DNA of 58,536 nt, counting the filler, from Basidiobolus ranarum (Eukaryota): NCBI GenBank assembly GCA_040143965.1. It is 2 parts of 2 records of this genome, joined end to end, with 100 filler letters (N's around TTAATTAATTAA, not from the genome) between each part and the next. Parts side by side here need not be neighbours in the genome. Positions count along the whole stretch, not along the records: positions 1 to 29,381 come from JASJQH010000106.1; positions 29,482 to 58,536 come from JASJQH010000107.1. The stretch is one strand, 5' to 3'. This document shows positions 24,549-36,433 of the stretch, in pieces (position 1 is the stretch's first letter; each line of letters starts with the position of its first letter). The translations under genes were made by a program, and so were the position numbers. Below the pieces are notes generated by a model, which was not told the DNA's origin, did not search any database, and saw only the letters and a list, made by a program, of their open reading frames with translations.

Positions 24549-26481
24549 TCGTTTAAAGTAATGTTATTATTTTACTGGAGTGACGGTCTTTTCTCTTCCA
24601 TAGCTCATATGAACCACTATTTATACAATTATTTTACGAAATCCTTACCTCTCTACACTGTTAAATAGTTTGACTATTTCTAAATTGTACTTTATCTTTC
24701 ACTACATTCTTGTTACAAAACCCACATATTTCAATATGCTCACAAGAAGCAGATTGTTGTATACAGTTAAAATCCATCAATACAAAGTCACAACCATGAT
24801 ATAAGATTAGATTTTTATCGAATACATCATATTCATTCCTGGTGTTGATAGACATGCCTTCATTCTAGTTATGATATTCCCTCAGATTATATATAAGCAC
24901 TCATAACTGATTCGCTTTTCTGTCTGTATATATACCAATTGTTGTACCTAGTAAATTTTCTTTATGCCACAATTTGTATGCAAATATCAGTATGTTTGCA
25001 CTTTTACCACTTTAGTATTAATAAATATTATATATAATTTCAATGAACCAGTATTAAAATGGGTGATTTTTTGAGTGCAATATCCGGGATAACTGTTCCA
25101 CTTTCACTCATTCCCGTATCATAAGCGCCTGTGATAGAGCAGGTGACTGGCACTACATCAAACTATTTACAACTTCTTAAGTGCCGGTTCTATTTCCTCC
25201 ATGGCCTGCAGCAGCGGTCCATCAGCGTTACTATTTCACAATTATATACACTGTCTTTGTTTTCATCCGTTTCAATATCCCTTTTTCCTTTGTCTTCCCA
25301 TCTATGCTAGTATCCATATTCCCTTACTTTTCTAGAGTTGCATTCACTTCCACTAGATATATCACTGCCCCTATTACCAGCGCCACTGCTATCATCTTCA
25401 CTGCTATTCCTAATCAACATAACACATAGATAACACCAAATTGGAACAGAATTAACTCCAAACCAAAGCTACATCAGAACATGAATTTGAGTGCCCTTGT
25501 ACCCTACTGTGTGAAATAAATTCAAGTGAAGATAAAAAGATATAAAGCTTTTGAAGTACATATTTGGTATATTCTATTCCTAATGCCATTTGGCATCTCT
25601 AGATTAGCTGTCACTAACCGATGGAGAGCAGAATTCTCGAGAATGACCTCGAAAGTAGCCTTGCTGAGGAAAAACTGGCTGAGAATTTCCGCTGCAGTAA
25701 GGGAAAGTCTTCATCCATTCATGATTGCCAATTTTGGTGATAAAGGCACCACTATGGTATTCAGTACACCGTTACTCGCCTAAAAATGGCCGAAGTGAAC
25801 CCAAATGAAGACCTAAAACCATTTGGACTAATGAAAGAGCGGTTTGTAGTACTATGTATCCAGTCATGAAGCATTTGTTTACCTTATTAGTTGCCACTTG
25901 CCTAAATATGCCATAATGTAGATCTCACCAATATGGACACATACGTAAAGGCTCCTTTGAAGATATCATGCACTGAAATTCTGGGAAACAAGGCCGATGA
26001 AACAGTGTGTATTGCCGCTTGAAGTCATGGTAAATATGATGTATCATGTGAATATTATGCATAACAAACCTTTAGGTTACACTGGCCAAGCCTCTTTTCA
26101 AGACGTGCCGGCCCTCTGTTGTGTCTCCAAGACACGAAGAGCCCTCCTGCTCAGCCAGCAACATTTGACAAGTCACTTGCCATGACACCCAAGCCACCTA
26201 AGCTCTCAGTTCACCACCACTTTACCTGTCACTACCCGAATAATCACCTGTTAGGCTTCTAAAGCTTGAGATAATAGCATTCAAGTTGACCTTTAGGTAT
26301 GCAATCTATTGGATGGTAGCTACAAAAGTTCAACTACCTTCTATCTTAACTGTTGATAATCCAACTCTGCAATGAAATCTGGTTTATATCATTCAACTCG
26401 GCCAAATCAGTTTATTCATAACATAGTTATTATAAATAAATTGCTTTATGAAGATCTGCTTTGAATATTCAAATCACAGCC

Positions 26482-27093
26482 TTAGTTGGGTCTTGAGAAG
26501 TAGAATCGTCCACCACTAGGTCCGGATGTAACGCCTACAATCCCAAGTTTTCCAGAATTCTGATTTACAACGAATTTCTTCTCCTTTCGGATTGGGAAAG
26601 GTGGATTGCCATTTGCTTCAACCGCATAAGTCCACCAAGCAAATTCTCTGTTATTATTGCTGCTATCGTAGTACTTGAAGTAGCTTCTATTGCAACCAAC
26701 AACATTTTTCGAGGTTAGTTTACCAGTCTCACATACTACCTTGTTATTGGGAGCCTGCACTCTGTAATATTGTGTACTTTCATCTACAATGTTGAAATTC
26801 AGACAATATCCAGAGGTCTCGGGTCTCATGCATAGGTAGTTATTATTGTCAGGGCAATAGGCTAGACAGTGACCAGAACCATACGTCTTCTCTTTAATGG
26901 TATATGAATTCGCATTTCCTTCAATGACTCTGTCACCTTGTCCTGTAAAGATGACCTTTTGCGGATTTTTGGTTCCTTGGAATGTCACAGGGCTACCCGG
27001 AGCGAATACATTCTGATCATCACTGGGAGTAGCTGTTCCGGATTCCAAAGCCGAGCATGCCATGATGAGAGACACAAAGTTAATGAGAAGCAT
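26482..27093 (-). CDS. Secreted Cys-containing protein, possibly beta-trefoil/ricin-B-like
   Basis: 203 aa, signal peptide, several Cys, beta-strand-like segments (YTIK..GHCL, YRVQ..NKVVC, FPIRK..FVV). Confidence 0.7.
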   Translation of the reverse strand: MLLINFVSLIMACSALESGTATPSDDQNVFAPGSPVTFQGTKNPQKVIFTGQGDRVIEGNANSYTIKEKTYGSGHCLAYCPDNNNYLCMRPETSGYCLNFNIVDESTQYYRVQAPNNKVVCETGKLTSKNVVGCNRSYFKYYDSSNNNREFAWWTYAVEANGNPPFPIRKEKKFVVNQNSGKLGIVGVTSGPSGGRFYFSRPN

Positions 27094-28300
27094 AGTAGAT
27101 TGAGCTGTAGAGAGTCAAACTTACTTTTTCAAACTCACTTCTAGATTCCAGATATTTTATAGTGAGTTTTCAACCGACGACATGTTGGCGTAGAGAAGGT
27201 TGTAAACCATCTGGATCCATATAGAGCAAAAACGCCTCAAAGGTGAGCTAAGTATGGGGTTACTGTTGATCTATCACCATAACCACCACCATAACCACCT
27301 GCTTAATGTTGTTTCTATTTACAGGTTAGCAAACAATCTGTATATTCTTCGTTGCACGTATCCAAAAGGCTATCATAGCCTTTTGTTTGTTCCGAAAAGC
27401 CAGTTAGTGCCACTCTTTGTAATTGCTTATCATGGCCATATTTAGCATGGTACATCTTTCCCATATTTAGTCCAAAATATATGAAAAAATAAGAATGTAA
27501 ATGAACGCTTGATTATCAGGTGGCTATCAACAGTTAATAAATGCAATTGGGGAATATTTGATACACAAGCATTATGTAGAAGGGTTTTGTATACGATGAC
27601 ATCTACTACGGATAAAATACTAGTCAGAATCTACTTGAGTTAGGCCTAACACCAACCTTGTTTTGAATACACATTCCACATTGTTCAGCTTAGCACAATG
27701 CAACAATTCACTGGAAAATAAGTGCTTATTTATGTTTATAAAAGTAAAAGGTATATTCAAAACATAAACGTGAGAGGCTCTATTGCTGCAGTAATTATGT
27801 ATATTGTGGTCTATCTGTGCATGCTAGGAATAAATTGACTCAATACAACTTCTTTGATATAGTGAGTTTACCATCCACATGTTATACCCTTATAATTTGC
27901 TTTGCAGAGAGTACTGGCTCAAACCACTAAGTGAAATCTCATGTTCAGTGTCAACCATACCTAACTTTTGATGATTGTTGATCCATTTTGGATACTTCTA
28001 TCAATATCACTGGAATAACCTGAGTGCCTATCCATTACCCAAGTTAAATAATGGAAATTATAAATGATATGCTTTAACTTTACATTTCATATTTCTTAGG
28101 TTTAGCTATTTTGTGTTTGTAGATTGTTACACACTAATCATAACTTTGAGACTTCATGAGGTTTCAAAAGATGATAAGTAACTCAAACATTGATTGGTGC
28201 TTGACCATACTGATTTTAATTGGAAAGAGTATGGCCTTGTTGTGGTAAAGGCAATTCAAGAATATATAGTAACTGCAAGTAACTGGTATTCTCAACTATT

Positions 28301-28536
28301 TGTCAGAATAAGGAACTAAACAAGGACTGGAAACAGCAACAAGAGGCTAGAAAGCAGGAGTGTACTTGGTTATAAACCACAAGGCAAGACAAGACTAGAC
28401 AGGGAAGGTATTTTGGCAAGAATCTTTATTGATAACTGGCATAGATCAGAATGAGGCCTGATCAAGGAAAACAGGGAGCTTATATAGATATTGCAGGGTG
28501 AAGCATAATATACTGAATAGGGTATATACTATGGCA
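28301..28536 (-). mobile_element. Probable LTR (236 bp)
   Basis: TGTCA...TGGCA termini; minus-strand TATATAA followed by AATAAA; abuts the gag relic; no target-site duplication seen. Confidence 0.5.
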
Positions 28537-28539
28537 AAT

Positions 28540-28950
28540 AAGTTTGATGGCAGTCACCAAAACTTTCATGGTTTATCAATCAAGTAAACCTCATCATCCA
28601 GCTACATCCCCACTGCTTCCCCTCTGACCAAACAAAGAAGGCCTAGTGGGAACACTATTATCAGGAACAGCTCTATCTTGATTTGCTCCTTTGATGGAAA
28701 GTCAATCTCCACTTCTTTCCAACTTCCTTGCCTTCCTTGCTGAAATGGAAGCTACATTTGGAAATACAGACAAGGAAAGCACTTCAGCTACCAAGCTCCA
28801 TGCACTCAAGCAAGGGTCAAAGCCTGCATCAACTTATGTTGCAGAATTGTGCCTTCTTGCCTGTGACCTCAATTGGGGAGAATCTGCCCTGAGCAGCCAG
28901 CTCCAATATGGAATTTAAGAACGTATCAAGGATCTATTAAGCACTATGCC
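28540..28950 (+). mobile_element. Degenerate Ty3/gypsy gag (Retrotrans_gag-type) fragment
   Basis: Conceptual translation KFDGS..FHG/INQVNLIIQLHPHCFPSDQTK/LVGTLLSGTALS*FAPLMESQSPLL...LKQGSKPASTYVAE...DLNWGESAL..Q.GI*ERIKD, with two frameshifts and stops. Confidence 0.9.
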
Positions 28951-29381
28951 CTAACAGAAATAAATCAATTTGATCTGGATCAGATCCACCCTGCTGGATT
29001 GCAAAACCATCAGAGAACCATCAGAATATTGGTGGCTTGCATTCTGCCAGGTATTTTGATGGTGTAATGGTGGCTTCATGATGGTATTTTGATGGTATTC
29101 ATACATGTTAAAATATTGATCCTCATATTTGGCATGAGTTATATAATTTCAGGCAATTTTTGCAAAAAAATAATTTTTGAATGACAAATTACTGGATTTA
29201 CTGCTATAGGAATTCTAATTAATATGCTTGCCTTTATTTAGATATTTTTGGCTTTGTGTTCAAGCCATAATGAGAATAAAAAAAACAGGAATCTTGTTGT
29301 GTTTAGTCACTACATATGCACATACTTGACTGATCAGACATAACTCAACAACATCAATATGCTTTACTAGCAAACTAATGG

Positions 29382-29481
29382 NNNNNNNNNNNNNNNNNNN
29401 NNNNNNNNNNNNNNNNNNNNNNNNNTTAATTAATTAANNNNNNNNNNNNNNNNNNNNNNNNNNNNNNNNNNNNNNNNNNNN
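29382..29481. other. Artificial contig-joining spacer
   Basis: 44 N + TTAATTAATTAA (stops in all six frames) + 44 N = 100 nt. Confidence 0.95.
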
Positions 29482-30413
29482 CTCTGTATCGTTCCAATTT
29501 TTTCAAGTGTCAGAGGTTCCGAAGAACTTGACACAATAAAGAAAGCAAAAGGGATTATATAACTCAAAAGTATGCTGCTAACTGTAACTTATGGGACACC
29601 ATTAATTATCCAAATTAGGATCTGGTAGTGTGATTGATTTACTAAGATTGGACCATTTCAAAATTTCCAAAACAACATTATTACATAAATATAATTGGCA
29701 ACTTGGTCGTTCTCGTTCTTGATCTTTAAGGTATTAGATTTAATAGTAGAACTATTGTACAATCCTTCCTGTAGCTACATACGAGCCTCATTTGAATTTC
29801 AGCTTGTCTAATTATTTTTTGCAATCATCTAATTTTAGGTTTATTTTAGGTTTATAATCAATAACCCTATATTAAACCAGCTACATGCAGGATTTTGGGA
29901 AGGTCTAGGAATATTAACAGTGCAGACCAGGATTAGCATTATCTTATTAGAACTATTCCTATGATGAGTTGATATATGGATTGATAATTAAGTAATATGC
30001 TAAATACAATTACAAAATAGAAATCAACATATCGCTCAGCAACAGAAGAAATGGCGCGCCAAGTGATCGTACATATAACAGAAGAAATAATATGGATATC
30101 TCACATGTTGCTCTAATAACCATCATTCCTTGATTGTTCAATGATTTAACTATTTTCAAAGCTAACTTCAGATGTGCACTTTTATCCTATTTGTCAGCTA
30201 TTTAATTTCAATTGTATAATATTTATTAACTATTATTATTGGAAGGTGTATGACTCAAAACCCAGTGTTCTTTTCAAATTTCTGCATTTGGAAAGCACAA
30301 TGATGACTAATATCGTGAGAAATTGTGAAACGTAAATATGTGAACAAACATGTTCTCCAGTATAGACGACACTCACATCCACACTCACATCACTACTGAC
30401 TTGGTTGTTCGTC

Positions 30414-31576
30414 ATGACTAAAGCTACCAAGCTCCATGCAGTTACACCTTATATTCTCTCACAGCCACTTACCCAAGAGCTTGGTAAAGAGGTGTACTTG
30501 AAGTTGGAATCATTTCAACCTAGGTAAGCTTGGTTGTATTATGTTTTCGATTAACTTCTTCCTCACCATTGAGAATTTTTATTTTCAATACCTTTTTCTT
30601 AATTCAATTTCATACTTTCCTTTCTGAACTTTCACCACACATATAGTGGTTCTTTTAAGAATCGTGGCATAGGCCATCTTGCCCGCCATCTTCTTCACAC
30701 TGCTGAAACGTCAATTCAAGGTTTCGTAACTTCTTCCGGCGGGAATGCAGGCCTCGCCTTAACCTACGCTGGCCATACTCTAGGGTATCCGGTGAAAGTG
30801 ATAGTTCCTGAGACTTGTGTCGCGGAAATGGTGGAACGCCTCAAGGCACAACCAGGAACTGAAGTACAAATTTATGGAGTAGATTGGCAAGCTGCGGATG
30901 CAGTTGCCAGAGAACTGGCCTCAACTGGACACTGGTGCTACATTCCTCCTTTTGATCATCCAATGATTTGGGAAGGGCATGCAACTATCATAGAAGTGAG
31001 TTTGCGAAGTAGAGAGAGAATATTATTTTAAATTGTTTGTTGACTTTTTTTTCTTTTCTTATGAAATAGGAAATCGCAACCCAACCTAATGTTACTAAAC
31101 CAGGTGCTATCATTACCGCTGTAGGTGGTGGTGGACTGCTTGGTGGAATTTTGCAAGGTCTTAAAAATCAGGGTTGGTCTGATGTTCCAGTTTTGGCTGT
31201 TGAGACCCATGGTGCTGCCTCATTCCATGCTGCTACACTTGCCAATAAGGTCGTGACCATTGATAAAATCAGTACCATCGCCAACTCATTAGGATCACGA
31301 TATGTTGCCGAGGGAGTATGGGAACTCTCGGTAAACCATCCTGGAAAAGTAACCTCGCATCTCGTAACGGATATTGAGGCTTTAAATGGTTGTAAGAAAT
31401 TTCTCTATGATCAAAATGTGCTCGTAGAACCTGCCTGCGGAGCCGCACTAGCCTTGGTGTATCGACACGAACCAAGATTGTTGGAAGTAGATGGGCCTAT
31501 AACCGTGATTGTTTGTGGTGGCAAAGTAGTATCATTCAACTTGCTGGAGAAATGGTCACAATTGCTCGAGGTTTAA
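30414..31576 (+). CDS. PLP-dependent L-serine/L-threonine dehydratase (CHA1/SDS-like)
   Basis: LKLESFQPSGSFKNRG, SSGGNAG, PPFDHP, VGGGGL, VEPACGAA; introns 30524-30646 and 30996-31069. Confidence 0.93.
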
Positions 31577-31882
31577 ATTAGAGCTGAACCTATTGAGGAT
31601 AAATGCACCAATGCATTAAAGCATTATATAAACACATCTTCCAACAAGACTGCTTAATTTTAGAATATATTATCGCTCTCTTGTAGTTATTTGTAGCGCA
31701 TGACGATCTGGCTCAGTGGAGAATAAAATATTAAGCCTTCACTGGCTTCTACCACTTTCTCAAAGACTAGTGATGAATGGATGGTAACTCGGTAGTGTGT
31801 ATGCAAATGTTTATTTTATCAATGGTATTGGCATAACCGATACGATGCCACAACTAATATTCAAAATGAGTGTAAATGTATG

Positions 31883-33348
31883 TTAAGCCTCTTCTGTAAT
31901 TTTACATTCCTCAAGAATATCCCGAGGAACATAGTCGTCAATGTGCTTCAAGAACGTCTCCATTGGGCAGAAATTGAAGTCACAAACTGGGCTTTTAAGT
32001 GCTACCCCATTGAAAAGGGCACGGATGAATGCTTTACCTTCTTTATCTTGCCAGAGTTCAATGATAAAGCTTGAAGCATAAGGAGGCCATCTGAAGTCAT
32101 CTGATTTGAGGATGCCAAGTAGTGGTTGAACAGTGGTGTCATGTCCCGAAAAGATCTCGATCTTGGCTGGAGATTTCTTGCTCTTGTCGATTGAATTACG
32201 AAGACTTTGACGCAGTTCGGCTAAAAAGAGACCAATTCCTAGACGATTGGCCTCATGAGAGAGAGGTGAATCACGCATGGTCCAAGCAGCTTCAAAGTCG
32301 TTTCCTACGTATGATTGAATGGCCATTTCATTGGTAATACATTCGCTTTGATTGTTGAGGCTGCATGGTAGTGGGAAATTATTGCAGGCTAATGGACGGA
32401 ACGCATCCATATAACGTACAAGACTCTTAGTTTGATATGCCGGAGTTTTCTCAGTTTGAAGAATGCTATCCATCTTCTTCTTAGTCTCCTGTTGAGCCTC
32501 CCAGTAGTCATTATAAGCCTTCTCATTCAACATACTACTCTGAAGCTTGGAAAGACGAGGGCAAAGATTGGGTTGAAAGACCATAGTTTCAATTTGTTCA
32601 GGAAGAAGATGGAAAGGAACGGCAAGTTTCCCCTTCAATTTATCTTTAGGATAGAGTCCTGACACAAGAGAGATGGCTGTTTGTTTGGTACGCCTGATCA
32701 CAGAAATATATGTTAGTTTCAACAGTAAGTAAGCAAATCTCATTAAATAGCTTACTCTTTCTCAGTATGGCGAACAAAGATAGTATCCTCAAGGTTCCTT
32801 CTGTTCAAAGTCTTAGGGAGGTATCCCAACTTGTTTACGTAAATCTCGCGTAACTTGCTGCCAACGTTTCGTTTTTGGCGCATGCCTTTAGGAGTCAGTT
32901 GACCCGTCATACAAGTTCCCTGAATATACTCTTTGGAATAAGGATTGGCATTAGCATCTTCAATCATTAAATCATAGATGGGAACGCTCTCGAATTCTTG
33001 CAGTTTAAGGTAATTGTATTCTGGAGCTTCATCGGTACAGTTCCAAACTACGTTGTATTTCCATTGCTGTGGGAAGATGGAGATGGGAGTGCGATCACCG
33101 TGTCGTACGATTACTTGGACATGTTTTAGTTCCGCATTTTTCTATATAAGCAAAAGAAAACAAACTTAATATCGAGAGTAGTGGCGATAGTTGAGAGCGC
33201 AAAATGAAACAAGACTTACGGGTACAGTGTAGGTTTTAATGTTGGGGGTCTTAGCGGAGCAGTAGTATTCGTTTACACCAACCTCATAACTGGCGAAGGA
33301 GGCAGAAAAACTGTTCAGAAGGAACAGAGCTGTAAAAGCATACTTCAT
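31883..33348 (-). CDS. Secreted histidine acid phosphatase
   Basis: Signal peptide MKYAFTALFLL; RHGDRTP, GQLT..G, SGHDTT, WPPYAS; two introns (about 33143-33219 and about 32695-32755). Confidence 0.92.
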
Positions 33349-33927
33349 GATAACGGAGATAATTGCTAAAAACCAGGGCATTCATACGTAATTTATAGGA
33401 AATTTTACCACCCACTTATAGCCACCTGACCCTAGCACTAACCTTAAAATTAGACTTGGATTAACCGGTGGATGCAGCAAAGTGATGACTGTAAACTGTG
33501 GATTCTTTTCTTTGGAATTTTCTTGAGGCGTGTTTGTTACTAAAAGTAACCAAAGGTACTAGAACTGCACTCGGTATGCCATCAACCATCCTTCAAGACT
33601 ACCATTTACCCACATTTATACAAGTGGCCGTAATTTCCCTTTTTTAGTTTAATATTTAAGTGAATTCACTCCAAATATCAAAGTCGTATCACATGATTTT
33701 ATATGTAATTAGTGGCTTATTGGTTCAGAGAAGTAAAAAACGTCAGATTAGGAGTATCACAAGACATGTCTCATCAAGCAATTATGAATTGCAATAATGA
33801 ATTATATGCAGGTAACAATCCTATCACTTCCAACCTCTTAGTGAAATATTGGTTTCTGAAATGGTTCACAATATTGGTAGCTCAGTTCAGTTAACCGATA
33901 TCATTTTATTCACGCTGCATGAAGGGC

Positions 33928-34946
33928 TTAAGAGAATAGTTTCTTCAAGAAGGATTTTCGTTTGCTGGGTTGAGAACTACTAGAACCTGCTACAGAAGAT
34001 GGGGCCTCAGAAACAGGTGCTGAGGGTATACTAAGGTTACCTACTTGGATAGGTGGCACTTGCTGAGGAGCAGAATCCGATGCGGATGAAGGAGTACTTA
34101 TTGGTTGGGAAACAGATGGTTGAGCAGTAGTGGAGCTTTGCTGTGGCTTCGGTTCCTCATGGTATTTGGCGAGAATCTGTGCGAAGTTCTGTCCTTGGGA
34201 TCTAGCAACATCCAGCTCCTTCTCTGTGGGCTGACGCGATCCATCAGGGCCAGCCAACGTACCTGCACCCCACGCACTACCGCCAACAATCTCCTGATTA
34301 TCGGATAGATGTGGTGATGCAAATCCATTAGGAATAAATATCACTCCATGATGTACTAGGGTGCTCATAAATGTTAGAGCGGTAGTTTCTTGACCTCCAT
34401 GCTGACTAGCGGTAGAAAAGAAAACACTAGCGAATTTGTTACGAAGCTCTCCCCTGCAGAATCAATTAGTAAAAGATATATCAAATCTATCAATTCGTGT
34501 AGCTTACTTCATCCATATGGACCCAGTAGCATCCCAAAAACTCTGTACTTGTGATGGCATAGAGCCGTATCGCGTTCTATACAATGTAGTGTTAATATTT
34601 AACTGCTTCTTAATTGAGAATGACCAACTACTTACGGTATTCCGAAAAAGAACCCATCAGCTTGTGTCATTTCAGTTGGGGTAATGACAGGAATATCAGG
34701 CTTGGGTGGTGCATTCATTCTCTCCAGTACTAGTTCAATGGTTTAGTATCTACCCACTATATCTATTGCTGAAAGATATAAACAGTACGACATACCTTCT
34801 TCTGGCAGAATCTCGGCTACTTGATACAAGGATACATCCACGGAGCCGGTGCTCTCTAAGCCCTCTTTAATTGCTTCTGCTAGTTGGTAGATATGACCAT
34901 GTAAAGTGTAAATAATGATAAAGATTTTGGGCTTAAGGGTGGTCAT
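33928..34946 (-). CDS. WrbA/flavodoxin-like NAD(P)H:quinone oxidoreductase (Pst2/Ycp4 family)
   Basis: IYTLHGHI, YQVAE, FGIP-TRYG, STASQHGGQETT, GGSAWGAGTLAGPDGSRQP; three introns; Ser/Pro-rich tail. Confidence 0.93.
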
Positions 34947-36433
34947 TATTGTTATAAATTCTTTTAATGCGTAGTGGTACTCCTTTCATCCCTTTTTATA
35001 TTCGCTATTCATTTCCCCTAATCTCCTTTGATTTGTAGTAGGGTTCATTGACTGGGATAATAAAAAGCGTTGATAATACCACTAGTGGCATGGGTTTGAA
35101 TTATTGTTGGTTTTATATCACAATTGATTTGGCTATATTGTGTTGATTAACCTTAGATCGTCTCAAGTATACTTAGATGCTCTATCTTGTTAGGCAATTA
35201 GTTGATAATCATTGCTGAATCCTTGTCGCTGTAAAGAACACGCTGACGACTTGGTGTCTTCATACAATGATTTTTCAAAATACGCTACATTTCAAGCTTG
35301 TAGGCATACTTGTATTCACATATCATTAAAGACGAAGAGTGAAATTTTAACCAATCTCTCAAGTTATTTAAGTTTTATATAAGAGAAACTGTGTGTATGC
35401 TCAATGTAAAAAAAATTGTTCAACTAGTTGCCATAGATTGAAAAGAAATGTTGACTCGGCTAAGCTTCAATCCTGTCAGTGACCAGAGGACTGTCTAAAC
35501 CTCTTCCAAAAACTAAGAGTAAAGCAAAGGTCCACAAATCCTCAGAATTATTTCGACCATTTCTTAATTCTACGCTCAGCTAATTCATAAAGACTTTTTC
35601 CAGGTTCACGTGGGTTATCTCTTTCATATAACCAATATGAAAAAAACCCAGCACTTATTGCAAGTATGGCATCACCACGACTACGTAAAGTATATATTTA
35701 GTAAGAATAGTTTATTTGAAATAATGGACCACACTACATAAGTCAGCATACCTCGAAATTAGATGAGTATAACGACGAGCTGGAACACTTGGAAGCATTT
35801 GTTACCTTTCTGTGTCAAGTTAACAGACAGCAGTTTTTCAAAGCAAGCGAAGTTTTCAATACTCATGATAAAACCTAATCGATCAAATAATTCATCGATT
35901 TCGGTAATGTTCGGCTTTTCGGTTTCGGCTCACTCCCTGAGTGTACCGGAACTTAAACGCAAACAAATAGGCACAAGTCCAGATTTTCATTTCACTGGTT
36001 GTCAATAACTTTAAGCAATCAATAGATGATTACATTAGAAATGAAAGATAATCTAATGAGAATATTAGGAAATATTTACGAATTGCTCGATGCAATAGAG
36101 TTTAAACGCACCAAGGTTCCACGAACCAAATCATTATTCTTAGTAATATTCATTCAAAGGGATAGGCAGAGGTTTTTGGATGCGAGTTCCCAGATATCGA
36201 TCATTGCCAGGTCCAATTTTTCGTGATATATTCTAATTATGTTAACCAGTATCAATACTATTTGTAGTACGAGCGCGGTACCAATACGGCTTTGCATTCC
36301 AGCAGATGATCTTCAGAATCCAACAACACTTTGCTTCAAAGTAAAAGCATAAAAGAACCCATCAGCATCCATATTCAAACATCAATCCACTTATCTCTAC
36401 CTTCTCTTCTCTCTTCAGCAAGTCTGATTAAAT

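Noticed and set aside
28786-30440. Exact 19-nt match AGCTACCAAGCTCCATGCA between the gag relic (28786-28804) and the dehydratase 5' end (30422-30440)
   Set aside because: In gag it likely arose by CGT to CAT decay, LH..TP is native to the enzyme family, and the two sites lie across the artificial join; treated as coincidence
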